Part shown: positions 40,251 to 53,880 of the stretch, in pieces
Layout of the letters: the number at the start of each line of letters is the position of its first letter
Numbering within the stretch: position 1 is the first letter of the stretch
NCBI GenBank assembly: GCA_050575255.1
Contig: JBNZDD010013726.1
Span: 10,950,999 to 11,014,998 of the forward strand
Direction: 5' to 3'
Length of the DNA stretch: 64,000 bases
Source of the DNA: Harriotta raleighana
Taxonomy: Eukaryota
Notes under the pieces: model-generated
Database searches by the model: none
Told to the model about the DNA's origin: nothing
Seen by the model: the letters and a program-made list of their open reading frames with translations, nothing else
Position numbers and translations under genes: made by a program

Positions 40251-41636
40251 GAACACACTACAAGATTTCATTTGGTTTATCTTCAGCTTTCTGGGAGTCT
40301 TTTTATTGTGGGTGGGGTGAGAAGAAATTGAATAAAGGAGGTTATACTATTCTGTGTAATTCTTGTTATAAATGTATTGCTTGGAGCTAAGCACTATTGT
40401 ATCTCAACCCATAAGGAGAGAGGGCAAAAAGGCGTCAAAGAGCAGTCGGAAGGTAAATGGTCAGAGGAAAAGAACGATAAACCTCCTAAAATGACTGAGA
40501 ATCAGCATCAAAAAAACCCCCCCAATGTTTTGATAATGTTCGTAAGGTCACACGAGAGGTTCAGATGAAGAAAGCCGATCGACCCATTTGATCGCATCCT
40601 TCCGGAATACACACCTGACGGGGCTGACAAGTGTCCAGCTTACTGATCCGTCACGAATGTAATCATCTGCAAACTTAGCAGGAAACGAGCCATTAAATTC
40701 TGCTTCCTCCTTTTTAAAATGAGAGTACATTGCGCTGATTAAATTCTTAGCGTCCAAAAATGCCACTCTTGCCAAAGATTGAATCACTGCGCGAATGATG
40801 TGTTTGTATCAAGTGTGTTTGTGGGGGAATATACTTCCCTTAGTGTTTTCTGAGGAAAAGCCTGTCCGAGTGCATGCCATCACCTCATTCAAACTTAAAC
40901 ACTTTGATCTACCACTCTGCGCCTTGCAGTCCAATGGGTCGCAATCGTTGTTGCAGATTGTCTTCAGCTAATCAGAACAACAACAAAAATAATAGAAAAA
41001 CAATCCTGGCATTTGATAATAACACTTAATCACGTCTTCGAGACATCTCAAAGCATTTCAGCGACTAGGCTGCAATGTGATTCGACTACATATTTTGTGA
41101 AGAAAACGTGCCAGCCAATTGCGTACAGCAGTCCCCCACAAACAGTTGTGGATTTTTATTATTTGCTTTGAAGCAACTATTACCCCCTGGAAAATCCATT
41201 ACCCCAATCGACTAACAACCGGGTTCCTAGTTATTGCTAGGTAAACAGAAGCGTGTGGAGTAAGGAAACTTACCCAACATTTCACCCTACGAGGCGAGTG
41301 CTCCAATCTCTTGAGCTACAAGAGTCCACGATGATTTTTAGCAGCTGATCAAAGGTTCTGACCGCAGGGGAAGAAACCAGAAACCAATGTGCTGACTAAA
41401 ATTAATTTTCAATTTTTATTTCTACTACGTATGAAATCATTACGTATGTGGGGTTGTCAAATGTTTGATTTACTGTTGGGGAACACACTACAAGATTTCA
41501 TTTGGTTTATCTTCAGCTTTCTGGGAGTCTTTTTATTGTGGGTGGGGTGAGAAGAAATTGATTAAAGGAGGTTATACTATTCTGTGTAATTCTTGTTATA
41601 AATGTATTGCTTGGAGCTAAGCACTATTGTATCTCA
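40251..41636. repeat. 156-bp direct repeat (40251-40406 and 41481-41636), one mismatch, no N
   Basis: Both copies run gaacacactacaag...gcactattgtatctca; they differ only at gaataaagg/gattaaagg. Confidence 0.92.
40990..41327 (-). mobile_element. Deu SINE of the longer, diverged subfamily
   Basis: Contains the Deu core and the extra body segment ccgggttcctagttattgctaggtaaacaga shared with the 18764 copy. Confidence 0.82.
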
Positions 41637-43111
41637 CTTGCTAAGTTTCACAAATTTGGCCCTGGGTACTTATATAACTGCAATTGCAATTCAATTCTAA
41701 GTGTGCAGTTGCATGTTTATAATGCAATGTTATTCAAAAGTTAAAACTGCATTACTGTTATTGATAAGATAATTTCGCCAAATTCATGGAACAGATTAGA
41801 ACAGCATTTAATGCAAAGCAATGAATTTGCTAAATAGAGCAGAATAATCCTCAAAATATTTTAATTTACCAGAACGAACACTATTAACTCTGGTAACAAT
41901 TCATTTGCTTCAACCAAAGTGATAAATGTTTTCGATACAAAAAGTGGCAGGCCATCGATAATATCGATTACTCTGTCCCTTCTATCAGCGTGCAAAATAA
42001 AATAGTTTAGAGCCCTCATGTAACACCAAGCCTCTTCTGATTTGCTATTTGCATAATTTAATAACACAAACACGAACAACAATTATTTAAGATGGGTTTT
42101 TTTTGTACCACTTAGAATTCAGTTGTTTTCTAATGGGTTCGAAAGAGCAATGCCTAATCAGATGAGGTAGGAATTTAAACAGATTGAACTCAGCCATGCT
42201 GATTGGCCTAATTTTTAGGTTTAATTTACGTAGTATCTCATGCAGAACTGCACTTTAGTTTATCAGAGTAGTAATTTCATATTTAAGGAGCAGAGGGAGG
42301 CAATTAAGTTTATCACAGAGTGAACTGTTTTATAATAGCTAGACCTGCAAAATGTTCTAGTACAATGTTTTCAATTTGCATAGATCAACAGCATGAGATA
42401 TATAATTGGCGTACTGTGGCCTGCAAATAATAGCGACTTTATTTACTTTAATTTACTGGTTGACTGTCATGTTATTTGTCCTTTGGTATTCGACCACCAA
42501 TGACAACATTATTGTGCAGAAGTTTCACTCACATTAGGCAACATCACGAGGGTGAGTCGTTTGCGAATCATTTTAAATGGTGACACAGTGANTCGACCAC
42601 CAATGACAACATTATTGTGCAGAAGTTTCACTCACATTAGGCGACATCACGAGGGTGAGTCGTTTGCGAATCATTTTAAATGGTGACACAGTGAGTAGCA
42701 GCTTCACTGAGATGTGCATCGAAGTTTCTTGATACAGATCTGCAGCCACAAACTTGCCATAAGACAAATGTATGATCCTTGCAATACAATTTCAAAGATC
42801 TGAACACTTCCACACAGGGAGAGAGGAGACCTTGAGGGATGAATCACCCATTCAATCATTTTCTCCCCGTTTCCCAGCCAACAATCCTCCAGATAAAATT
42901 GGGCATACACGTCACGGCTTTTTGTGGGCAGTCATTTACAACATATAGAGTCATCGCACTTTACAGTAAACCCTGGCCAGTCGTCTGAGCTGGTTTTGAT
43001 AAAGCGTCGGGGTGCTGCTTGAAATGCAAGGATCATTATTTTAAAATAAAGGAGAATTAAGAAGATTATTTCACGACAAAACATGACTGAGTGTGTTGTT
43101 ATGTTTTCCAG

Positions 43112-43196
43112 TGGAGTGTACTTCCAGGGAACCACCATTGGCATGGCACCTATCATGAGCATGTGCACAGCAGAGCAGTCAGGAGGGATTGTTATG
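43112..43196 (+). CDS. ADAM12: ADAM12 exon ~10 (GVYFQGTTIGMAPIMSMCTAEQSGGIVM)
   Basis: ttccag acceptor and gtgagt donor; 85 nt. Confidence 0.97.
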
Positions 43197-46100
43197 GTGA
43201 GTAGTGAACACAGGAAGAATGAATGATCTTGCACTGAAATCTGCCCATCCCTTAAGTGTTCGAACGACTTGAAACTGACAGAGATGGAAACTGACTTCAC
43301 AGCTCAATAAATCCTTCCATCTCCACGTGCTGAGGCCTGAAACGTTTCTGATAAAGAGTGAAAGTTTCTCGTCTTTGCTGAATGGAAATGGCCAACGTGG
43401 AGTCTCCACTCAGTTCCAACAAAGCCACCCAAAACATTATCCTTGTTGGCAGGATCATTGATAGAGGACACAAGGGATCCCTCCACTTCCCTTATTGGGC
43501 CCAAACATTCATCCCAAATTAACTTTCAGAGTCTCAATGTTAACAAAAATGGAAACTCTGACCCGCTTTGTAAAATTGAATGTAGTACAGTAGTTTTATA
43601 CGTTACTTAATTTCCTTCCTCAGACTGAATCTGCAATCTCCTCAAAATATAATCACTGCATTTTACTGTGTATCCTGTGACGCCCTTTGAGCTGACTTGA
43701 CATCAGGAAATAATCTCAAATGCAAGGATTATTCTTTTTTTGTTATTTACTGTGTTCTGGGAAAATATTGCTCGCCACCTCGAGGAGGCACTATTTCTTC
43801 TTGAGAAGAATACAGTACTGTTTGCTCTTCTAGACACTCTGGTGACTGAGACTCAATGGAAACATTCCTATTGCCACAAAATGACTTAAACTCCTCACTT
43901 CCAAAGTACTGCCCTAAGATCTGCTGGACTCGTACTTTCTAATGCTGATAAATTCTACTATGTTGCTTTCTCTTTCTTAGCTTTGTACGTCTAGCATAAT
44001 ACCACAAGACAGCTTGATGCATTGAATTGTTTTTTTTTAAATGTATTATTATTATTTTCCTTTGTTTATTCATGAGTCAAATCAAAACATTTTAAAGGCT
44101 TGACTCAGGTTATCTTTTCCTTTATCTTTCTCAGGTTATCTTTTTCATCTTCAAACATTTCAGTACAAAAACTCTTTTGCTCGAATCTCCCACATGATGC
44201 TCCGTTTTCTTTTTCTTTTTCATTTTCAAACATTTCAGTACAAAAACCTGTATGTTATCCTGGCTTGAGCCAGGTGTTCAGGTTTGACTGCAGAACCTTA
44301 AATTATACAGTAATAATAACTACAATAATTGTTCCATTTGCATATAAATCGTCTGAATCCACAGAGGTATGTGTTGAATTAAAGCATAGAAATGAGGTGA
44401 AATGTTTTGCTCTGCACAAGCTAAATAATTTACTTTAATCTGCGTCTCATAGTTCAGCACCAATTTACCAGCAAAGCTAAGTCGGAGTTGAAGATGTACA
44501 GTATTTTGTGTTGTGATCACTCCTCTGACCTCAGTCACACCCAGCAGATGAACACAGTAAAAACTGTAGTGTGTTTGAAAGCAAACGAAAGATTTACCAT
44601 GACATCGTCATAAACTGAGAGTAAAGTTCAAGTGGTTTGCGAGCATCGAGTGAACAATGAAAACATATTGCAGCTCGTCATTCAACTGCAGTTTGCATAT
44701 CATGTGATTCTACCTACCTGTGAACATGGAGTTTATACAAGGGTATTATCTGCAATTCATAAATTTAGAAATTCATACTATATCAATTTAGGAAAGTACG
44801 CTCATGTCCAGCACCCCCAAACACTAACTGCTCCCCCCACTCCCCCTTCCAACAAGTTAGATAGATATGTAAATACACAGCATTGCACGGAATATATTTT
44901 AGGGTGGATTGAGTGTGTGTTTGGTGGGCGAAACGTATCCATATGCCGGAACCTTTTTGATTGACAGTTTACAGGAGAGTGGCCTTTTTGCACAGAATAA
45001 TATCAGCACAGGTCCCTATTCCAGCTAACCTCTTGAGAAGCAGTGTGACGAGAGAGCGAGAGAGAGAGAGAGAGAGAGACAAATTTGGGTAAATTTGCAA
45101 CGGATGCAATACAAACTTCCAAAAATGTCATCAGCATATTGGACAACATTGCCTTCAAACATGCACGGTTACGAGGAAAGTGTTCAGTTTTATTATACTT
45201 AAATCTGGCAATATCCAATAGAAATTGCAAGTGCCCCAAAAACTGTTTGTTCCCACACACGTACCGAGGGCATTGTTTGCAAGTGAACAACATTATTACT
45301 TCGTTGGCCCTTAACCAAGATTTTCTATCTACAACCCAGTGCCTTTCAGTAAACGACAGATACTCTTTTTGCTCGAATCTCCCACATGATGCTCTGTTTT
45401 GGGTGCTGCCAAAACGTTGTTTCCCTGACAACAATCATAGCACTCCACAAAAAACCAATAGGACCCAAATCTGCAGTGAACTCTCTCTCTCTCTCTCTCT
45501 CTCTCTCGCTCTCTCTCTCAGGCAACTGAGCACGAGACATAAGCTGATTAGGTTTATTGCGGAGGAAGGAGCCAAGAGAAACTTGCCTGAGAACTGAGAT
45601 AAACACCTCAGTTTGGTTGGCACCAGATATTGGAATTTTCTTTTTCGTTCTATCATGTGAAACATTGCAGCGAAGAAACAGTCCAGATTGGTTGCGAAGG
45701 TATAATTTCAAATATAAACTTGAAATCTGCCATGTTAATATGGAACGGAAATAGTCCATGTTAGCATAAAATAACCCAAATGACCCACATTAAGGGGGTT
45801 GTCAGCAGGAGCTCTCCGTACATGTTGCTCCCTGTCTTCCATTGTTTCATGCTATTTCTCTTGTCAGCTCCGTCCACATGGTTTGCTTAGAAATGTGCAT
45901 TTATGTGGAGCAATCAGGAATGTTTCCAAACTAAACCCATCCAAAATGTGGTCAGGGAGTCTCCAGAGATTAAACAGTGTCTGCAATATCCTTCTGGATA
46001 CTTGAAGTACAAACTGGCCTGGGCCAGCAATGGTGCTCGAAGGAGAGTCTTGAGGCTTACTGCAGGCCTCTTCTTTCTAAGTTATTAATCTTTGTAAAGA

Positions 46101-47514
46101 AAAAGTGTGTGTTCCCCAGTTCGTATTACTTTACAGTGATTTAAAAAAAATAAAACTCAGTTGAAGAGGTTAATTGAATGAAAGAATTAAACCACGTTGA
46201 TCATCGTTACATTTTTGGCCAATGATTGTGATCAAATGTGGCAAACTTCACTCTTTATTTTCATACTGGGGACCAACGGAGGCAAAAGCGAGACCCACAG
46301 TCACTGCTTGATCTGAATTCAAAGTGAGTTGTGCACCCATGTATCTCGACCTTTCTCGCTTCTAGTCCGCACTTAATGAACTGGAAGCAATGTTAAAATT
46401 TCTCCCAGGAGCTCTTTCCAGTAAAACAAAATGCAGTATTTATGTACTGTGATTTCCCCATTACACACAGCACATAAGTTACGGTCCTCTTATCTGTTTA
46501 AACAATAGCTTTGGCAAGGGGGACTTTTAAAGGCAGACTTTGTTTAACTGTATTACCTCAGCCTGAAAGATTGGAACCACATGTGACACATAACTATTAG
46601 CGAAAAGGTCACAGCAGGAACATGAACTAACTAACATATGCAAGTAAAATCATTCTTTTTCAAAATCTTCTGAATTATGAGGGTTAGTTTAAATTGTATT
46701 TTCCAAAATAAATGAACTGCCCTCCGATTGGCACCATAGCTCCTCATGTAAAATTCCCCGCTCAGCAAAAGAATGCAACATCCGCAGAAAACTGATGACA
46801 ACACGTAATCTTTTCCTGACCAGTTAACCATACAGATCAGATGAATAAAGCATTCGTCCCCATATCCTTGTGTCCTAATGTATGATTTAAACTGTTTGTT
46901 GATAGCCCTTTTGTTCCATTCCTACTGCAGATAATGTATCACGTGCAGTCAGGAAAGTATTTTCCCATAGTTCAGAGTATTTTCAGTGGTCCTTGGTCCC
47001 AAACATTTGTAAACAGCCGAGAGAAATGACTAATTTCTAGACATAAGATTATTTTACTTGCAAGAAGGTATAAACCTGGTCCATTGAGTACAGTACTATC
47101 AAAACTAGTTGTATGGCAGTAAAAGGAGATTCTACAAAATCGACAGCCGTACATCATTTGTTCATAGTACAATCGCAGGAACAGTTTATCCAGCAATGGT
47201 TCTGTTGAAAACCCTTAGTCTGTGGTTACAAACCAGTAAATTGTTTAAAACATTCCTTTGAACCAAACGTTTTGCCCCATGGAGATAGGAAATCGATACG
47301 TGTCAAAATGACTTGTCTCACCTTTCATAAGGTATTCCTCTCCCACCCCCCGTACACCCCCCCCCAATCCCTCAAAGAGTCCAGCAGTTTGTACTGTGAC
47401 ACCAACAGTAAGTCATTTTTATGACTTTTTATGACTTTTTGGGGGTTCAGCTGAGAGGATAGTTATTACTGTTTATTCCCTAACTTTTTTTGCGATGGCC
47501 ATTCCTCCCCCAAG

Positions 47515-47663
47515 GACCATTCAGACAATGCGCTGGGAGCCGCGGTAACGATGGCACACGAACTGGGACACAATTTCGGGATGAATCACGATACCCCTGC
47601 CCGAGGCTGTGCCTGCACAGCCTCATCTGACAAGGGAGGCTGCATCATGACTCCGTCCACGGG
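47515..47663 (+). CDS. ADAM12: ADAM12 exon ~11, catalytic zinc site ([26 protein letters not shown]...[10 protein letters not shown])
   Basis: cccaag acceptor and gtaagt donor; 149 nt; intact HExxHxxGxxHD and CIM Met-turn, so predicted catalytically active. Confidence 0.98.
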
Positions 47664-50600
47664 GTAAGTAAACAGGATCGAAGGAGAAACCGCAGCTTTT
47701 TACGCGTTGAAATGCGTTCGTGCATTGCCTTTGTCGTCAACGAAAACCGATCGAATGGATTTTAAACACAAAATGTACTTCCCATGTCATTTTACTGAAT
47801 TCAAAATGCGTTCCGTTTTGGAGGTCGTGCTTTTTTTGGAGGTCGGACTTTTAAGAAGCATTACCTTCTGGAAATACATGAGTGTGCAGCGATAAAATGA
47901 ACAGACATATCACTAGAAGGTGATTGTTTAACCTGGTTTCCTGTTATGTCTGAATTTTACTAAACGCATATTCATAGAATGAAAATAGATGTAATTTAAT
48001 ATACTTCCAAGTGTACAATATTTAACATTGTAATGCATGTCCTTTCTGTCATGGAGACTTGAACAATATTATAGCGTGCCTGATCACATTGGTGGAAAGT
48101 TTTGATGTCATTTTAAAAATTGTTCCAATGCAAACTTGAACAAAACTATGTAATGGACAAGGAATTTACTGGTACTAGTGCTGTACCTGAGTGCCATTAG
48201 CAGCAAATAATGTCACTGTCGCATATATCTTTGTCATTCTTGTGGTGATAATCTGACCACTTTCCCCTTCGTGATTCTCATTAACTCCTGGCTTGAACAA
48301 AAGAATAATATTCACTTTTAAACGTTCATTCTTGGTTCCCTTAAGGTTGGAGACATTTCTCTTTGTGCCTTGTATTTGTTTGCCCACAAACACACAGCCC
48401 GAACACTTGCCAGCTTCCCTTTGAAAAGGCTTTTGGACGTTTTGACATGATAGGCGAAGTATCAAACGTGAAAATCATGACTTTCATTATTTATTTACAA
48501 GCCCTTCAAAGGTTTCACGTGATTTCTCTCTTCCTTCCAATAATTTTCACCCTGCAATTTGAAAGGTTGAAGTTTTGAATAGTACAGTGTGTTGAATTGT
48601 GCCTAACATACTGCCCCTGTTCCCATCCACCATCAAACATTTCTGCTAATGTGAGGGAACATAAATATTTCAGGCTATCGTCGGCAGAGATGAGAGAGCA
48701 GAATATCAGACTGATGATATAATAATATGACAGTGCATGTTATGGGGTCAAACACCAACTGTTCACTATCACTAGCAAACATGTTGTACCATTATCCTGG
48801 GATTTGTAAGCGCTGAATGGGACATTCCCCAGGGTTAGCAAACCACATGTTGAGACCCAACTGTGCACCAAAAACTGTAAACATTTTGCATTCCCATCAC
48901 TGACATCCTCTTCACCTTGGCAAGCTGAGAGAGAGAAAAAAAAGGAAAAGAAAATACAACTGTTAGTGAAAGTTGACTGGGGGAAAGCACGGCTTGCCTC
49001 TCGTTGAATTTAATATCAAGTTCCAGACACAAGAGGTACAAAACTCCACCTTAACACAGCCTGTAAGACCATTTTGTTTTGAAATCTAAGATCCTGAGGA
49101 TTTGTGAAATTCACTCTGGAATTGCTTTGGAAGACACTTCTTTTTAAGTCCATTTGGAAAAGCAGTTTCCAAACTAAGGCTGAAAGTAAGAGATTCCCAC
49201 AGTTCTCCATGGGGAAAATAGCCCCCAAATAGGTTTGCAGGCTAAGATCAAGTGGAATTTTGGAGCTAGAGATGTCAGTTTCTGTATGTTGATGGCGTAC
49301 TGATTTCACGCATACTGTAATAATAATCCTTGCATTCGATAGAGTGCCTGATCATGCCTTCGAGACAACAAAAACAAAAAATTACATCCCAAAGTGCTTC
49401 GTGGAATATACTATAAAGTGAATTGACTGGACTGTATATTTTGTGGGCAAACAAACCGCATATTTCATCATGTTTCTGAGAGCAAGGACTGTTGCCAACA
49501 GTATCAATACAAGCTCGCTATTAAAACCTCAGATCACTAACCCAGACCAACATTCAAACATAATGTCTCAGCATGTTGATGTCACAAAGCCTTGAAACTA
49601 CCAAATGGAAATAATTAGACACTGCTTTTTCTACGACGACCAAAGCATCAACTTCCACTTTTTATTTCCACTGTTTAGCTAAAGAAAAGCTCAGTCGGTA
49701 GTACTGTAGAGTGAAATATTTCAGGAATAAAAAATTGTCTCCTGTTTATACTTTCGGAGACTGTCGTGCTGAGTTTGAAAGCGTGCTGATGAGGAAGGTA
49801 AGCATGAAGAGAACGACTTAAGCTTTAACTCTCCCCTGATATATTGCTTGTGACAAGGGTCGTATGGATTTGCCAACAGTCGAGAACTTGATGTGAAATA
49901 CAAGAAGAAATATCAGTTTTACCCAAGAGGCTTTCTGCTGCAATAATTGCCTGTGGGTCTTTATTACTTTTCAGTAGTTAACTGCCTCAAGTACTAACAT
50001 TTCAGCATGTCACAATATTTTAACCTCAGTTTATACTGTCTAAAGGATTAGTCTGTTGGAGATTCCGTGCCAAGATCTGCTTTACATCACCTAATAATAT
50101 TAAGCATAATGTCTGGATAAACAAATCTGTGGACGGGAGTCTGGAAAATGAGGTCTAGCGTAAAGTAATATTTTACACACAGTATTAGTCTGGTGCAATT
50201 ACGCTTCTTATACTTTACAGCAAAAGCGAATAATTCGCGGGATTAATCTACGTGGACTTTGCGACCCAGTTAACATTAGCTGAATTGAAAATAAGAATCA
50301 AACCGAGTTTCTGTTTTCACTGCCTGACTGTGACGTTGGCTGTCACCATTGCTTTGCTACGATAGCAACTGTTTTTCTTCCATTCTGCTGAGAAAGTATC
50401 CAATCTCCACCTTGACCCATCGTTGATGAACCAGACCGCAAACAGGATGAAGAAGAGTTGCTAAACTTTGTGTCCTTGTCCTCGTCGAACTGTGCTGCAA
50501 GTCAAAGGAATATTTTTCATCTGTAACGGGGAGAGCAGGAACTTCTCTCCATGTTACAAATCATAAACAAATGGTGTTGGAAACCACAGTACGAGCTCCA

Positions 50601-53600
50601 TGCCAGACATGTGTCAGGGATAACTTCTTCGGGGCCCAAACAAGAACAACAACAACAAAATTACATTTGTACAGCGCCTTTCGCAGCTAAAGAACATTAC
50701 TAGGTTTTACGCCATTTCCCTGTCAGGTTTATAGGGTAATAATATCACATGTGGCCTTGGTCTTCGATCAGTAGGATAATTAATAGGAAGCATATCAGGG
50801 CAATAAAGATAGACAGAATTGGAATCTGCAAACTTGTGTACACGGCCTTCGATGTCTTCTTGAAATGCAGGGTCAATGGACAATGTTTTTAAAACATTCA
50901 AAAGGGTGAAATCTTGGAAGTCGCCTGCTGCAAAATTTTGGCTTGGTCGGGGTGTTCTCCATTTATCAGCTGTGGAGGATGTAATGTTTCTGTTTACCAA
51001 ATTTATATGCAGCCAATCTATCTTGGCGTTTTATCAATGGCTTTGCTTCAGACTCATAAAATTATTCGCCTACACGCAAAATGCGCTCCCAACTTCAATG
51101 TGGGCTGCATTAACTCTTCCCTTTTGCAAAGGCGGTCTTTCTGAAATTGTCAGCAGCCAGTATGGTGTCAAGTTCAAAAGCAATTGCTTCATATCTCTCG
51201 GCTGTGTCTTTTTGTAATTTAATTTATTAGAGGGAACTGTAGCGCACGAAGAAATAGGAGAAGGCAGATGAGTCAACAACCTATAGGTTGGACATGATTA
51301 CAGCTACTTTACTTGGCTGTTTGATTTCCTCTAGGAAAAAAAAACTGCTGTCTGAGTGAAATTTCCAGTGTGGTCTGGAGACAGGCCCCTTCAGAATAAG
51401 GCTAGCAGACTGTCAGCTTTGATAAATTAGTTCTCAGGGTTCACTTTATGTTTAGGTCATGACATCAAAGCTTTTCTACTTCATTTGAGAATTTAATATT
51501 TTTTTTGGCAAGATGGGGGGGGAGTGGGGGGGTGGGGGCGAAGGGATGACTACTCGGAATCTGTGTCAAATGTATTGCAATTCACACCAACACTAAATCT
51601 TTATTAGCCTATGCTCTTCTTGTGGCTGATCTTCTGAGCGTTTCACAAAATTAAAAGAATTTTGTTTCCAAGCAAAGTATTTTCTCACAGTCATTTGGAA
51701 ACACAATGGAAACCTGACATTATACAACAATGGTTTGACTGTAATTTGGACAGTGAGGGGTGAAATGTGACCACCCCCCCCTTATTCTAAGTCAGTAGGG
51801 AACATTTATCCACCCCCCTCCCCACCACCACCAAACACACTGAGTGCAAGATGTAATAAACTTTTTTTTATCTGTTAGTTTCTCATACTGGGTCTCCTAG
51901 GAGTACCCTTTCAAAAATATTGTATTTATTTAATGGCTGGATTTACTTGTGAAACCGGTTCGTTTGGGCCAAAAGAATTGGACGGCTTGGGATTTAAAGT
52001 CCTCCGAAGCCATTATCGGGGTCAATGTTCAAATGACTGACCTAATATAAAAGGCCTTTGTGCTCTCAACCATAATGCCAAACAACAATGGAGCCTGATC
52101 CCAAATCCTCGCTCCCTATGAGTTGGCGCTTCCCCATCAAGAGCTCGAAACTAGTCTGGCAATGCACCAATTTTTTTAAACATTGCTTTTGTTAAATGGA
52201 TGTTAAGTGACATTGATGGAGACCTTGGGGGCGAGGTCATAGAACACGAGGAAGTGAAAGTAACTTAAATGAAAGCGAGAGATAGTTTAAAACAATTAGA
52301 GTCAAAGTTAAAACATAATACATTAGGATAGGTTTTTGATTGGAATGGATTCTGGATGTTCCTTCCCAGATACATATAAATCATTCTCTTTTTTCAGTTA
52401 TTCCTATTAAGGTAAACACTGTCCACAATATGAAATCTAGTCCGATTGACAGTTACTGATTATGTAAGTGCACCAAAATGAAAGGTATTAACTCATCTGT
52501 CATAGAAGGCTTGCAATGGAAGACAAGCTGGTCTAAAATTGATCTTCTGCACTCTGGGACTTAATCCATTGTAGCAAAATCTATTCAATCATGTTAGCAA
52601 TCCTTCACCATTATCTCTACTGGCCACTGAGGTCGCTCGGTTAATTAAAGGAGAGCGGCATGAAAATGTGAAGCGCCAAACCTTCTTCCCTATGTTTGCG
52701 AACACGCAAAGCACTGCCGTGGGATATGCACACGAATTGCGGCAGAAATCACACACAACTCTATCCATAATTCTCATTCCCAAGGTGCTCCAAACTTGTT
52801 TTCTGGGAGACAGGGCTGAGCCTCCTGAAATCCCATGTAACTATTAAGACTGCTTTTGTTTCAACCCAATAGTGAATCATGTGCAGCGTTTCCAATACTG
52901 TGCACAGCAAGATCCTGTAATGCACCAGTAAATATTTGAGGTGTTCAACAGGCTGCTCTGAGCCCAGGAGTTGGATCCTGATGATTGGCAACTTTCAGAA
53001 ATTCTGTCCTGTTCTTTACTAGAATATCTAACAACTACAACAACAGCAATGGCAGGATTTTAATCTGCCATTAAACCAGTACTAGACAGTGATCAGTGTT
53101 ATACTGTACTATACTAGGGTGTTATCTGCCACAAGATAAAGAGATTTTTCTGGAAAATGCTCAACACTTACAAGCCAGGCGACTGAATGTCTCATGTTCT
53201 TAGGCTTTAACACCTTTGTTTTAAAAATGCAACCACGCATTTAACCATGGATAAACTGTCTTAACTCGAGTCTTATTTTGGCAGCTAATTTTAAGCAGTC
53301 AGCTTTAGGTACTGCGGAAAGTCAGTTTCCAAATTAAGACTGAATTAAGACTCAAAAGTTTCACAATTTTAACTTGAAGCCGAAGAACATAAGGATGGAT
53401 ATGCAGATCACAGCTGTGGCGCCGTAAGATAGATTTAATTTGTGATCCAGGAAAGACGATGAGTTGGGCTTTTACTCAAGATATACAAGGGATGCAGTTT
53501 GCTCCTCAGTACAGCTAGAGAATCCGGTGACAGATAGTTATAATGGTGGAACTCCAGGTCAACTGGATGTGGCCCCAGTAACTTTGATGGACTGTGGAAT

Positions 53601-53737
53601 ATGTCCTCCGGATGTTGGGTGTGTACAGAGCCACTAAGGCAAATTAACAAAGGGTTCAGGTGTTCTTTTAGGGCAGTTAAATGTAGAATGATTACTTCTG
53701 ATTCCTTTGACATCCATTGCTTTCAATTAAACAATCA

Positions 53738-53880
53738 CATAAGAGAGGTGGAGATGTCCTTGGGACCATTGGATCTCCTCCTTCCAGATTACCCAATCTG
53801 CCATCCTCCTGTTACAGTATCAAGCTATTTCTTAAATGTGCCCAGTGTGCTGGCCTCAACCACCCTCTGTAGTAAATTGT
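53738..53880 (-). mobile_element. Decayed CR1-type 3' fragment
   Basis: cataaga...accatt...tatcaagctatttcttaaatgtgcccagtgtgctggcctcaaccaccctctgtagtaaatt resembles the antisense of a CR1 3' end. Confidence 0.55.

Noticed and set aside
40548-40787. KFADD (RT-like motif) in a minus-strand ORF
   Set aside because: Surrounding residues do not match CR1 RT; the isolated 5-mer is likely chance or an unrecognisable relic.
40251-41636. LTR retroelement interpretation of the 156-bp direct repeats
   Set aside because: No shared TG start, primer-binding site, polypurine tract, TSD or internal coding remnants seen.
42932-43300. 122-aa antisense ORF over exon 10
   Set aside because: Shadow ORF of the coding exon plus SINE sequence; no independent support.
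45003-45759. Cluster of long ORFs (up to 170 aa) on both strands
   Set aside because: Sustained by GA/TC microsatellites and non-ATG starts; no domain similarity or splice logic.
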